From positions 1 through 56,287 of the forward strand of contig CAXTKV010000005.1 in assembly GCA_964244895.1 (NCBI GenBank): a stretch of 56,287 bases of DNA. Reading direction: 5' to 3'. Under the pieces are notes generated by a model, which did not search any database, was not told the origin of the DNA, and saw only the letters and a list, made by a program, of their open reading frames with translations. Below, in pieces: positions 28,509 through 37,208 of this stretch. The position numbers and the translations under genes were made by a program. The DNA comes from an uncultured Deinococcales bacterium (GTDB lineage Bacteria; Deinococcota; Deinococci; Deinococcales; JAAFIG01). Within the stretch, counting starts at the first letter, position 1, and each line of letters opens with the position of its first letter.

Positions 28509-29999
28509 TCAACGGACTGCCGCCGCCACGGCCGCAAAGGAACCGTCCCGCTCGAGGTGTTTACGCATGGCCAGAAACGCGGTCCTGAAGGCTTCGCTCG
28601 AGTCCAAACCCAGCGCTTCAAACGGCGAGAGCTTGAGCACGGCCAGCGGATCATCTGAGGCCAGCAGGGTGCGATCCCGTGCTGTCAGGAGCGGTTCATC
28701 GACGGTAAACGTGCCGCCGCTGAGGTCATGACCATGTAAGTAATGCTCGAATGCAGCGAGGTTGAGCGCCACGCGCTCAAAGCGACCATCGCGTTCCAGG
28801 AGTTCAGCGAGTGTTTTGGACAGAAAGATCGGCAGCTTGGCGATACCGTTCTGCGCGATACGCATGAGTTGATCGCCGACGGCAGGGTTACTGAAGCGCT
28901 CGAGCACCTGGCGCTTGTACTCCTGGAGGGAAACGCCTTGCGGACCCTCGATCAGCGGGATCACGTCCCGATCCATGAAGGCTTCAAGGTAGGCGCGTAC
29001 GGCGGGCTGCCGCATGGCTTCGTCCACGAGACGGTATCCGCACATCAGCGCGGGGTAGCAGAGCATCATGTGCGAGGCGTTCAAGAGGCGACCCTTGATC
29101 GCCTCAAACCTATCCACATCGTCGCGCAACAGAACACCCACCCGTTCGAGGGCTGGTCGTCCGGTAATGAAGCGATCCTCGAGCACCCATTGCGCGAACG
29201 ATTCGCCAATCACCGGGAGTTTATCCTCGAGTCCGCTGAGGGTGTTGACTTTGAGTTTTTCCGCTGCGCCCACCGATGGGGCGATGCGATCCACCATGCT
29301 GTTCGGGAAGGAGACGTGTTCTTCGATCCAGTCCGCAAGGTCAGTATCTCGGGACGTGGCAAACGCGAGCACCACCTTCTTTGAGACATCCCCATTGCTG
29401 CGAAGGTTGTCACACGAGAGAACCGTGAACCCCGGCAGACCCGCCGCGCGGCGTCGCACGAGCGCTTCAACGATGTAACCGAACGCGGTCTTCGGTTGGT
29501 GGTGATGAGAAAGGTCGTGTTGTACGGTTGGATTTGAGAGCATGAATTCACCGCTGGTCTCAGCGAGGTTGTAGCCACCTTCGGTGATCGTCAGGGAAAC
29601 GATGCGCGTTTCAGGCGCAGCGAGGCGCGTCAGTACCGCCTCAGTCTGGGTTGGAGCGTGAAGGTAGCCGATCAACGCTCCAATCAAACGCACCTCGAAA
29701 CCACCATCGGGCGCATACTCGGTCAGGGTATAAAGCCCGTCCTGAGCGCGGAACATGTGGGACTTCTCGAGCTTTTCAGGGCCGTCGCCCAAGCCCACGC
29801 CAACGATGCCCCAGGAGTGCTGGCCGGGCAGGTGCAGGCAGCGTTCCACGTACATGGCTTCGTGGGCGCGGAAGAAGTTGCCGACGCCGATGTGAACAAT
29901 TCCGGGGGTGATTTGGTCGCGGTTGTACGTAAAGCTTGCGACAGGCTGCGGGCTCGCTGCGGTGCTCGAGCCCAGCGGCAATGCGGTTCGGCGTGTCAT
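28509..29999 (-). CDS. Mannitol dehydrogenase family (mannitol/arabitol 2-dehydrogenase)
   Basis: GIVHIGVGNFFRAH, SLTITEGGY, LSCDNL, FPNSMVDRI, RLLNASH, RFSNP. Confidence 0.93.
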   Translation of the reverse strand: MTRRTALPLGSSTAASPQPVASFTYNRDQITPGIVHIGVGNFFRAHEAMYVERCLHLPGQHSWGIVGVGLGDGPEKLEKSHMFRAQDGLYTLTEYAPDGGFEVRLIGALIGYLHAPTQTEAVLTRLAAPETRIVSLTITEGGYNLAETSGEFMLSNPTVQHDLSHHHQPKTAFGYIVEALVRRRAAGLPGFTVLSCDNLRSNGDVSKKVVLAFATSRDTDLADWIEEHVSFPNSMVDRIAPSVGAAEKLKVNTLSGLEDKLPVIGESFAQWVLEDRFITGRPALERVGVLLRDDVDRFEAIKGRLLNASHMMLCYPALMCGYRLVDEAMRQPAVRAYLEAFMDRDVIPLIEGPQGVSLQEYKRQVLERFSNPAVGDQLMRIAQNGIAKLPIFLSKTLAELLERDGRFERVALNLAAFEHYLHGHDLSGGTFTVDEPLLTARDRTLLASDDPLAVLKLSPFEALGLDSSEAFRTAFLAMRKHLERDGSFAAVAAAVR

Positions 30000-30035
30000 G
30001 AACGGGGCCTCCTGATGCGGGTCGTGTTTGAAGCA

Positions 30036-30075
30036 TTAGTTAATATCTATACTAAAGAAAATAACCAAATGTCAA
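30036..30075 (-). promoter_or_regulatory. ROK (XylR/NagC-like) operator and promoter of the polyol operon
   Basis: AT-rich palindrome TTAGT-N10-ACTAA (30036-30055); TTGACA at 30075-30070. Confidence 0.55.
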
Positions 30076-30715
30076 GCACCGACCGACGGAACTTGCGCGA
30101 TGGGGCCGTGCCCAAAGATGCCAGCCCGCTCGAGGCACCCGTTTACCGCCTCATGATCGTCGCTTTCATTGGATCATCTTCACAACCCTGCGCCCGGCGG
30201 CAACACGATGAATCCACTCAGCTGCGGCGGCGGTTCCTGATCTACTGGGCACCGCCCCCAGCGGCCTGGGCGCTTGACACTGGCGGGCTTGGGATTCGCG
30301 TTTGATGCCATCCGCACGCCCGAGCAGGTAGGGGCCGTTAAGCCCCGCCTGACCAGTCTGCCCTGCGTGAGGCATGACCCGGAAGCGCTTGAGAGGTTGG
30401 TTCCCATCGGAGACATGCTCTCGCAGAGGACATGGCGGCAAACCGCGCTCGGGCTCACTCCGTCCGGGTGTGGCGTGAGCGGTTACACTGGTTGAAAACC
30501 AAACCGAGCCGAAACGCCGTGCATACCAAACGCACGGTCAGCTCGACGACGCAAGAAAGGATAAAATCGAACGTTGTCTGGCCTTCGATGAGACCCTAGC
30601 AACCCACCTTCCCAGGCCAGACGAGATCGTCGCAGACTGGTTGACGGGATCCCGAGCTGGCCCAGCGATCCAGAGGGCACGAGCCATCGATGCTCCTGCC
30701 GATAAAACCCGTTTC

Positions 30716-31921
30716 TCAGAGGGCCAATTCCTGCGCTGTAAACTCGAAATTTGAGATGTCAAAGGCATGATGGTGCGCAATTGTTGCTGCACCCACGGCA
30801 CACTCGAAAATTCCGAGTTGGGAAAGTCGAACCTCCGGCACTGAGATACCCGAGATGATTCCGTCGGCAACGCGCTCGCGGATGGCCTCCAGGCTGTACT
30901 CGAGCACTGGGCGCATCATCCCGCCCAGCATCACCGTGGTCGGATTGAAGATGTTGACGAGGCTGACGATTCCAAGGCTCAGGTAATGCGAGATCCTCTT
31001 CATCGCTTCTTGGGCGCCCACATCGCCCGCCTTTGCGGCTTCAACGACAGCCGTTGGCAGCATCGCCAATTCCTCGGCGGCAAGGTCCTCTGTTCCCCTG
31101 TACGACCGCGCCAGCGCACCGAGGTTGACCCAACTTTCCAGGCAACCCGTTTGGCCGCAACTGCACCGATGGCCGTGCTCGGTCATCCGCAGATGACCCA
31201 TCTCACCAGCCGTCCCTCGAGCCCCGCGCAACAACCGACCATTGATGATCGCAGCACCACCGCAACCCGTTCCGAGTTTCAGAAAAATCGCGTGGTTGCC
31301 TGGAAGTTCCGGCTGGGTGTACACCGCTCCGAAGGCTGCAGCGTTGCCATTGTTCTCGACGAAGCTGGGCAAGTCCACAGCTTTCGAAAGCAACGCCAAC
31401 AAATTGACCTCCTTCCAACCGAGGATCGGGAGGTGAACGACAAAGCCTTCAGACGTGACTAAACCAGGTACGGTCACACCGACGCTGCGAACCCTGCCGT
31501 AAAATCGGGCATCCTGGCGCAGTGACTCGAGGTGATCGGCAATGATCTTGACCGCAGCAGACGGCGTGATCTTCTGCGAGACCCGCTTCTCGAGCGAAAA
31601 GACGACGCTGGCAGAAAGGTCAATCAATGCCAGTCGAATAATGCCAACACCGATTTCGACCCCGAGAAAAAACGCTCCATCCGGGTTGAGCGCGACCCGC
31701 ACACCCGGACGACCCGGTTCACGGTTCACCTTATCCTCGAGCGTCTCTTGGACTTCTTGCACCAACGCTTGACGCTCAAGGTTGGCTACAAGGCGTGTGA
31801 TGGTCGCGGGTGTCAATGACAGACGACGGGCGATGTCCGCGCGACTCGCTGACCCATGCGTTCGCAGCAGGGTGAGGAGGCGGAGTTCATTGAGGTACTT
31901 TACGAGGGTCTGATCGGCCAT
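30716..31921 (-). CDS. ROK-family transcriptional repressor
   Basis: SRADIARRLSLTPATITRLV, PGRPG, VENNGNAAA, GEMGH, CSCGQTGCLE. Confidence 0.92.
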   Translation of the reverse strand: MADQTLVKYLNELRLLTLLRTHGSASRADIARRLSLTPATITRLVANLERQALVQEVQETLEDKVNREPGRPGVRVALNPDGAFFLGVEIGVGIIRLALIDLSASVVFSLEKRVSQKITPSAAVKIIADHLESLRQDARFYGRVRSVGVTVPGLVTSEGFVVHLPILGWKEVNLLALLSKAVDLPSFVENNGNAAAFGAVYTQPELPGNHAIFLKLGTGCGGAAIINGRLLRGARGTAGEMGHLRMTEHGHRCSCGQTGCLESWVNLGALARSYRGTEDLAAEELAMLPTAVVEAAKAGDVGAQEAMKRISHYLSLGIVSLVNIFNPTTVMLGGMMRPVLEYSLEAIRERVADGIISGISVPEVRLSQLGIFECAVGAATIAHHHAFDISNFEFTAQELAL

Positions 31922-32131
31922 TGTTAAAAAGAATACTTCGTTTTGAAAGGGGCACGGCAGGGATGGGGTTTGGGGATCCGCCGCTCGAATCCTGGTCTCG
32001 GCGTTCGTCCGAGCGGGCCTATTCGCGTCGTCGGGAGCATCTTCCCCCGACGACTTCGTTTTGCCGGGCGGAGCAGCGGATGGAACCAGCTGTAAGGATC
32101 CTTTCATATCCCATTTGACACATTATTGATT

Positions 32132-33931
32132 ATGAACTGGTATTCCCGAGCATCCTCGCCGATCCTCAGCCTGCTCCTCTCTCTCGGGCTTCTGAGCTGC
32201 AACGGCATCAACGCGCCGTCACCCTCCGAGCAGACCCCAGCCGCACAAAACTACATCCTGACCCTCAAGATCAGCTCCGCAGACAGCGCACAAGGACTCG
32301 AGCAGCGCTACAGCGCCAAGATGCTCGCCTACCAGCCCCAGGCGGGTTTCGCCATACTGCTGAGCCCCAACCAACCACCCAAGACTGACCCGGCAATCAC
32401 GACGGTCGAACCCGACGGAACCATCAGCGCCCCCGTCACGGATTCCTTCAGGGAACACGGCCCAATCACCCGTCAGGGAAGCACCAGCAACATGGGCGGC
32501 TGGACCTCCTGGAGCGGCGGCTGGACTTCCTGGAGCGGCGGCTGGACCTCCTGGAGCGGCGGCTGGACCTCCTGGAGCGGCGGGGTCAGCAGCCTCGCGC
32601 CGGAACTCCCGGCGCAAAATCAGGCCGCCTGGAATCAGATCAAACTCTACGAGGCTCACCGGATCTCGAGGAACTTCGGAGCAGGCGTCAAGATCGCCGT
32701 GATCGACACCGGCATCGATCTGAACCACCCGATTTTCCAGGGGCACCTCGCGCCCTCGAGCCAGTGGAAAGACTACGTGGACAACGACGCCACCCCGCAA
32801 GAGGACAGCGGTGGCAACGCCAACGGCAAGGCTTACGGTCACGGCACGGCGGTCGCGGGCATCATCCTCCAGATCGCACCCAGGGCCACGATCCTGCCGA
32901 TCCGGGTGCTCAAAAAGAACGGCGACGGCAACACCTCCGACATCGTTTCCGCGATCAACTACGCCGTCACGCAGGGCGCGCAGGTCATCAATCTCTCGCT
33001 CGGCACGGACGGGTACGACGCATCCTTGTTCACCATCAGCAAGTTTGCGAACGCGGCGGGCGTCCGCATCGTCGCATCGGCGGGCAACAACGGCACCAAA
33101 GATGGCGTGACCTCGCCCGGACAGTTCTCGTGGCTGGCGGGTACGGCGAGCTGGACGATGGGAATCGGCAGCACCAACAACACCGATGTGCTCTCGAGCT
33201 TTTCCGCCTACGGCAGCGGCCTCTACGGCGTCGCACCGGGCGAGGCGATCTACAGTTCCTACCCGAGCAACCAGGCCGTTAGCGCGACCGGCACGTCCTT
33301 CGCCGCACCGATGTACTCCGGCGCGATCGCGCTGGCTTACGCGGACATGCCCAACGTCGCCGACCGCAGCCGGATCCAGGATTTCATCTCGAGCAGCCTC
33401 GATCAGACGGTCGCCCAACCGGGCTCGACGACCCTCAAATACGGGCGGCTCAACCTGGAACGCACGATCCGCAGTCTGCCGGGCTGGACGGAACCGACCA
33501 CGGTCCAATCGGGTGTCTACAATCTGGTCAACGTCAACTCCAACAAGTGCGTGGACGTTCCGGGTGCTTCCACAAGCACTGCTGAACAGGTTCAGCAGTG
33601 GACGTGTGGCACGGGTGACAATCAGAAGTGGAAGATTGAACCCGTCGGCCCGTACTTCAAGCTGACCGCCGTCCATAGCGGCAAGGTGCTCGAGTGGTAC
33701 GACCCGAACGCGGGCGATGGTGGTTTGGCCGACCAGTGGGATTTCACGAGCGGGTGGATGGAGCAGCAGTGGAGCATCGCCAAGACCGCCAACGGCTTCA
33801 AACTCGTGAACGCCTCGAACGGCAAGTGTTTGGACGTTCCGGGCTTCTCCAACACTGATGGGGTAAAACTTCAGCAGTTTACCTGCAACAGCGGCGACAA
33901 CCAGAACTTCAAACTGCAGGCGCTCTTCTGA
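32132..33931 (+). CDS. S8 subtilisin-like serine protease lipoprotein with C-terminal ricin-B lectin domain
   Basis: Lipobox LLSC; triad VIDTG / HGTAVAG / GTSFAAP; QxW repeats (SNKCVDV..NQKW, SNGKCLDV..NQNF). Confidence 0.93.
   Translation: MNWYSRASSPILSLLLSLGLLSCNGINAPSPSEQTPAAQNYILTLKISSADSAQGLEQRYSAKMLAYQPQAGFAILLSPNQPPKTDPAITTVEPDGTISAPVTDSFREHGPITRQGSTSNMGGWTSWSGGWTSWSGGWTSWSGGWTSWSGGVSSLAPELPAQNQAAWNQIKLYEAHRISRNFGAGVKIAVIDTGIDLNHPIFQGHLAPSSQWKDYVDNDATPQEDSGGNANGKAYGHGTAVAGIILQIAPRATILPIRVLKKNGDGNTSDIVSAINYAVTQGAQVINLSLGTDGYDASLFTISKFANAAGVRIVASAGNNGTKDGVTSPGQFSWLAGTASWTMGIGSTNNTDVLSSFSAYGSGLYGVAPGEAIYSSYPSNQAVSATGTSFAAPMYSGAIALAYADMPNVADRSRIQDFISSSLDQTVAQPGSTTLKYGRLNLERTIRSLPGWTEPTTVQSGVYNLVNVNSNKCVDVPGASTSTAEQVQQWTCGTGDNQKWKIEPVGPYFKLTAVHSGKVLEWYDPNAGDGGLADQWDFTSGWMEQQWSIAKTANGFKLVNASNGKCLDVPGFSNTDGVKLQQFTCNSGDNQNFKLQALF
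32495..32578 (+). repeat. 21-bp coding tandem repeat x4 (GGWTSWS)
   Basis: GGCGGCTGGACYTCCTGGAGC x4. Confidence 0.97.
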
Positions 33932-34105
33932 CCTGTCCAAGATGGAGTTCTACCCTGAGTAGGGGTCGTATTCGAGCGCGATCCCGATCGTTACGCCGCG
34001 ATCAGGGCGTCGCAAGGCATCGGTGTTCCGCCATTCGAAGCGCGAAGCTGCGGCCCTCGATCGGGCGAATCAGGGCCGGTTCTTGGCCAGCCGAGTGGGC
34101 GCGCT

Positions 34106-34432
34106 GTGGTCGACCTGACGGCACCCGAGCATCCCTACCACGCGTCTCTCGTGCTGGACGGTAAAACCTCGAGCGTAAAGCTGCGAGCGCTCGACGAACA
34201 TGGCGAGATCGAACCCGACATTCCGGACGATCCGGCGTTCGACTTTTGCCAAGGCAACCCGGTCTCCGAAGGCGCTGTTCTCGAGGCCAAGCGCAGCGCG
34301 CTCGAGACCGAAGCGCGGCACGCGGCTCGCACCTCGGACGAGAGGCAGCTGGAGCGGATCACACCCCAGACGCCGTTCGGCCCGCAGTTGAGGGATCACC
34401 TCGACGGGCAGCCCGTCTTCAACGGCGAATGA
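34106..34432 (+). CDS. Hypothetical protein or gene fragment
   Basis: 108-aa ORF with coding-like composition, no recognisable motif. Confidence 0.3.
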   Translation: MVDLTAPEHPYHASLVLDGKTSSVKLRALDEHGEIEPDIPDDPAFDFCQGNPVSEGAVLEAKRSALETEARHAARTSDERQLERITPQTPFGPQLRDHLDGQPVFNGE

Positions 34433-34893
34433 CTCGAGATGTTTGAGGGCTCGGAGGTCGTGCGCGACGAGACGCACGAGAAAGTCGCGTACTTGCACGC
34501 CGGGGAGGATCGCGTGCCTCGTCTCGAGTGCAGGATGCGGTTGAGGTGGCCGTCGGGCTCCTACGCAACATCTCGAGCGAAGAGGTGATTACTAGATTTT
34601 GTAGACATGCGGTTCATCCTCGAGAATCGAGGCGAACACGGCCAACAAGAACAAGACCGACCAACCCGAGTTCAAACGCGAGGCCGTGCGCCTTGCCTGA
34701 ACCCCCGAGAACACCGTGGCAGGCGTCACCCGCGACCTTGGGTTGCGCCCGAACCTGTTGCACTGCTGGATTCGCCGAGCTGAAGGCCGAGAGGCCAGCG
34801 GATGCCCGAGCTTCACCAGGCGCGTCGTTCCCGCGCTGAGTGAGCAGAGGCAAGAGGTTCAACGCCTCAAACGAGAACTCGAGATTGCCCGTC

Positions 34894-34931
34894 TTTTTGA
34901 TCCTGGGCACGCACTTGACGGGCAGGGTCGC
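34894..34931 (+). repeat. 38-bp micro-insertion, type 2, copy E
   Basis: TTTTTGATCCTGGGCACGCACTTGACGGGCAGGGTCGC; removal restores EIARQERDIL. Confidence 0.85.
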
Positions 34932-34962
34932 AGGAGCGGGACATCCTCAAAAAGCGGTAGCC

Positions 34963-35000
34963 CGTCTTAACCCGAAAACCCACCTCACGGGCAGGGTCGC
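34963..35000 (+). repeat. 38-bp micro-insertion, type 2, copy F
   Basis: CGTCTTAACCCGAAAACCCACCTCACGGGCAGGGTCGC; removal restores KAVAFFAK. Confidence 0.85.
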
Positions 35001-35341
35001 TTCTTTGCCAAGGACGCGCGTTCAGCTTCGCGTTTATCAACGCGCACCCCACCGAGTTCAACCTCGAGAGCATGCGCCGCACGCTTGAGGTGAGCAAGAG
35101 CGGGTCTTGCGCCTGGCCGGGAAGGCCACCCTCACAGCGTACTCGAGAGGAGGCAAGCTTGAGTAGAACGATCAAAGCGATTTACGCCAAGAGTCGTGGT
35201 ACCTACGGCAGCCCGCGCGTTCACGCCCGCCTGCTCGAGCAAGGAAAGCACTGCAGTCGCCCTCGGGTCGCTCGGATCAGGCGTCGTCGCGGGATTCGCG
35301 GTCAGAGCCGCCGCAAGTACCGCATTACGACCAACAGCCAG

Positions 35342-35600
35342 CACGCACAGCTGAAGGTGGACACGGGTTTGGAGTTCTATTTCTGGGAACCACCGAGTCC
35401 GTGGCAGCGGGGACAAACGAGAATACCAGTGGACCGCTGCGCCAATCCTTTCCGAAGGGCACCGATTTGAGTCTGCACGGTGCCGACGACCTGGCTGCTG
35501 TGGCGAGCACGTTGAATGCTCGACCGCGAAAAGCGCTCGGCTGGAGCATACCCGTGGGAGCCTGGAATCAAGTGCTGCACGACGTTCACGCTGCTGTTGC
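35342..35600 (+). pseudogene. IS30-family transposase C-terminal remnant
   Basis: TGLEFYF..SPWQRG/TNENT..LRQSFPKGTDLS..LNARPRKALGW. Confidence 0.85.
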
Positions 35601-35750
35601 GACGATTGGACAAATCCACCCAGTAGGCTGCACGCGATTTTCAGCGGGCGCTCTCGAGTGGACACGTACTCGTTCCGAAGGTGTTCGGGAAGCGGCACCA
35701 TGTGCTGAGCTGACCGTTCACACAATCTTGACTTTTCACGAGCACCCCAT

Positions 35751-37208
35751 TCATACGGACTCCAGTGCGGCAGCCCGTGTCAGCCAACTCCGCCAGAGAA
35801 CCCGTTCTCGTCCACGGTCGATCTCGGCCAACCTGGGCGTGAACACTTCCACCTCAGCGGTTCTCTGTCGAACCTGTTCCCACGTCAGCGTCTCAGCGCT
35901 GACACCGGCCAGCAAAGCCATACCCAGCGCCGTAGCCTCGTGTTCGATGCTCCGCTCGATGATCAGACCGCTCAGGTCCGCCTGGCGTTGGATCAGGTAT
36001 CGGTTCTGGGCCAGCCCCCCGTCCGCGCGCACCCGCGAAACCTGAGGGAGCGTCTCGGTGAGCGTTTCCAGGATGTCTGTCACGCATGAGGCGATCCCAT
36101 CGAGAACCGCGCGCGTGAGTTCCGCCGCTCCAGTCTGAGCGCTGAGTCCCGAAAGGACGCCCCTGGCGTTCGCGTGCCACCAGGGCGCCCCGAGTCCACT
36201 GAACGCGGGCAGAAAACGCACTCGGGCTCCGAGGGCTCCCTCGGCCAGCGAGGATGAATCGGAGGCCCGACTGAGGATGCCCAAGCGCTCGAGCCACTGC
36301 AAGGCGCTGCCAGCGCTGTAGACGCCACCGTCCAGAATGAAGCTGCGCCCCGCAGCGTCGCTGAAACCAACGGTACCGATCAGCGCCGACTCGGACGCCG
36401 GAGGGGATGACCCGGCCTGGGCGAGCACGAACGCGCCCGTTCCGTACGTGACCTTGACTTCACCCGGCTTCAGGCAACCGTTTCCGGCCAGGGCCGCCAC
36501 CTGATCCAGCAAGGCCGCCGTCCATGAAACCTTGTGCCGCCCCAATTTCAGCGTGCCGAGCCGCGACAGGCCGGGCCGAATATCGGGCAGGACGTCCGCT
36601 GGGATACCGAAATATACCATCAGTTCGGCCGCCCAACGTCCGTGAAGCTGGTCGTAGAGCTGCGTCCGGGAGGCGGTGCTGTGGTCAGTCGCGTACTCAC
36701 CGCTGAGGCGATAGGCGATCCAGGCATCGAGCGTGCAGAGCCTCAGATGACCAGCCTGCGAGGCGGCCTGAACCGCCGCGTCGTGCTCGAGCAGCCAGGC
36801 AAACTTGGCGGCGCAAAAGTAAGGGTCAAGCCGCAACCCGCTCGAGGCGGTCACGGCGGGTTCCAGCCCCTCCATCCGCAGGCGGTCGCAGACGATCGAA
36901 GACCGGGTGTCCGACCAGACCAGCACCGGTGTCAAGGGCTCACCGCTTCGGGCGTCCCAGGCCAGAACCGACTCGCCAGGGTTGGCGAAGCCTGCACCCG
37001 TCAAAAACGAGTCGCTGGGCTGGTGGTCGAGCACCTCCGCCGCAGCGTTCTCCACTGCGTTGAGCAGGTGGTAGGGATCTTGTTCGATCCAACCTGGCTG
37101 GGGGTAGAAGGTCTGTACGGCGCGGTAGCTGCGCCCAACCACCTGCAACTCCTTTCCCAGCAGCAGGGCAGTCACGCCGCTGGTTCCCAGATCAAGACCG
37201 AGATACAT
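35751..37208 (-). CDS. FGGY-family carbohydrate kinase (glycerol kinase-like)
   Basis: LGLDLGTS, PGWIEQDP, DPYFCAAKFAWLL, TDHSTASRT, KVTYGTGAF, DGG. Confidence 0.9.
   Translation of the reverse strand: MYLGLDLGTSGVTALLLGKELQVVGRSYRAVQTFYPQPGWIEQDPYHLLNAVENAAAEVLDHQPSDSFLTGAGFANPGESVLAWDARSGEPLTPVLVWSDTRSSIVCDRLRMEGLEPAVTASSGLRLDPYFCAAKFAWLLEHDAAVQAASQAGHLRLCTLDAWIAYRLSGEYATDHSTASRTQLYDQLHGRWAAELMVYFGIPADVLPDIRPGLSRLGTLKLGRHKVSWTAALLDQVAALAGNGCLKPGEVKVTYGTGAFVLAQAGSSPPASESALIGTVGFSDAAGRSFILDGGVYSAGSALQWLERLGILSRASDSSSLAEGALGARVRFLPAFSGLGAPWWHANARGVLSGLSAQTGAAELTRAVLDGIASCVTDILETLTETLPQVSRVRADGGLAQNRYLIQRQADLSGLIIERSIEHEATALGMALLAGVSAETLTWEQVRQRTAEVEVFTPRLAEIDRGRERVLWRSWLTRAAALESV

Larger units (their letters stand above)
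34586..35345 (+). mobile_element. IS3-family remnant (left end, orfA, 5' orfB)
   Basis: Left-end-like TG..GATTTTGTAGACA; PEFKREAVRLA*..RDLGL..LHCW; RELEIAR/QERDILK/AVA/FFAK; LEVSKSG, SRGTYGSPRVHARL. Confidence 0.88.

Noticed and set aside
30080..30700. Short ORFs between the ROK repressor and mannitol dehydrogenase
   Set aside because: No recognisable motifs or RBS; probably decayed DNA.
32219..33940. 573-aa antisense ORF and similar long shadow ORFs (e.g. 40308-41720, 46164-47477)
   Set aside because: Antisense to well-supported genes; expected in high-GC DNA.
34894..35000. Copies E and F as a two-repeat CRISPR array
   Set aside because: The 31-bp spacer is contiguous IS3 coding sequence, the repeats differ substantially, and there is no leader or cas gene in the window.
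35090..35100. GTGAGCAAGA matching the type 1 end
   Set aside because: Encodes the normal IS3 orfB VSKSG motif.
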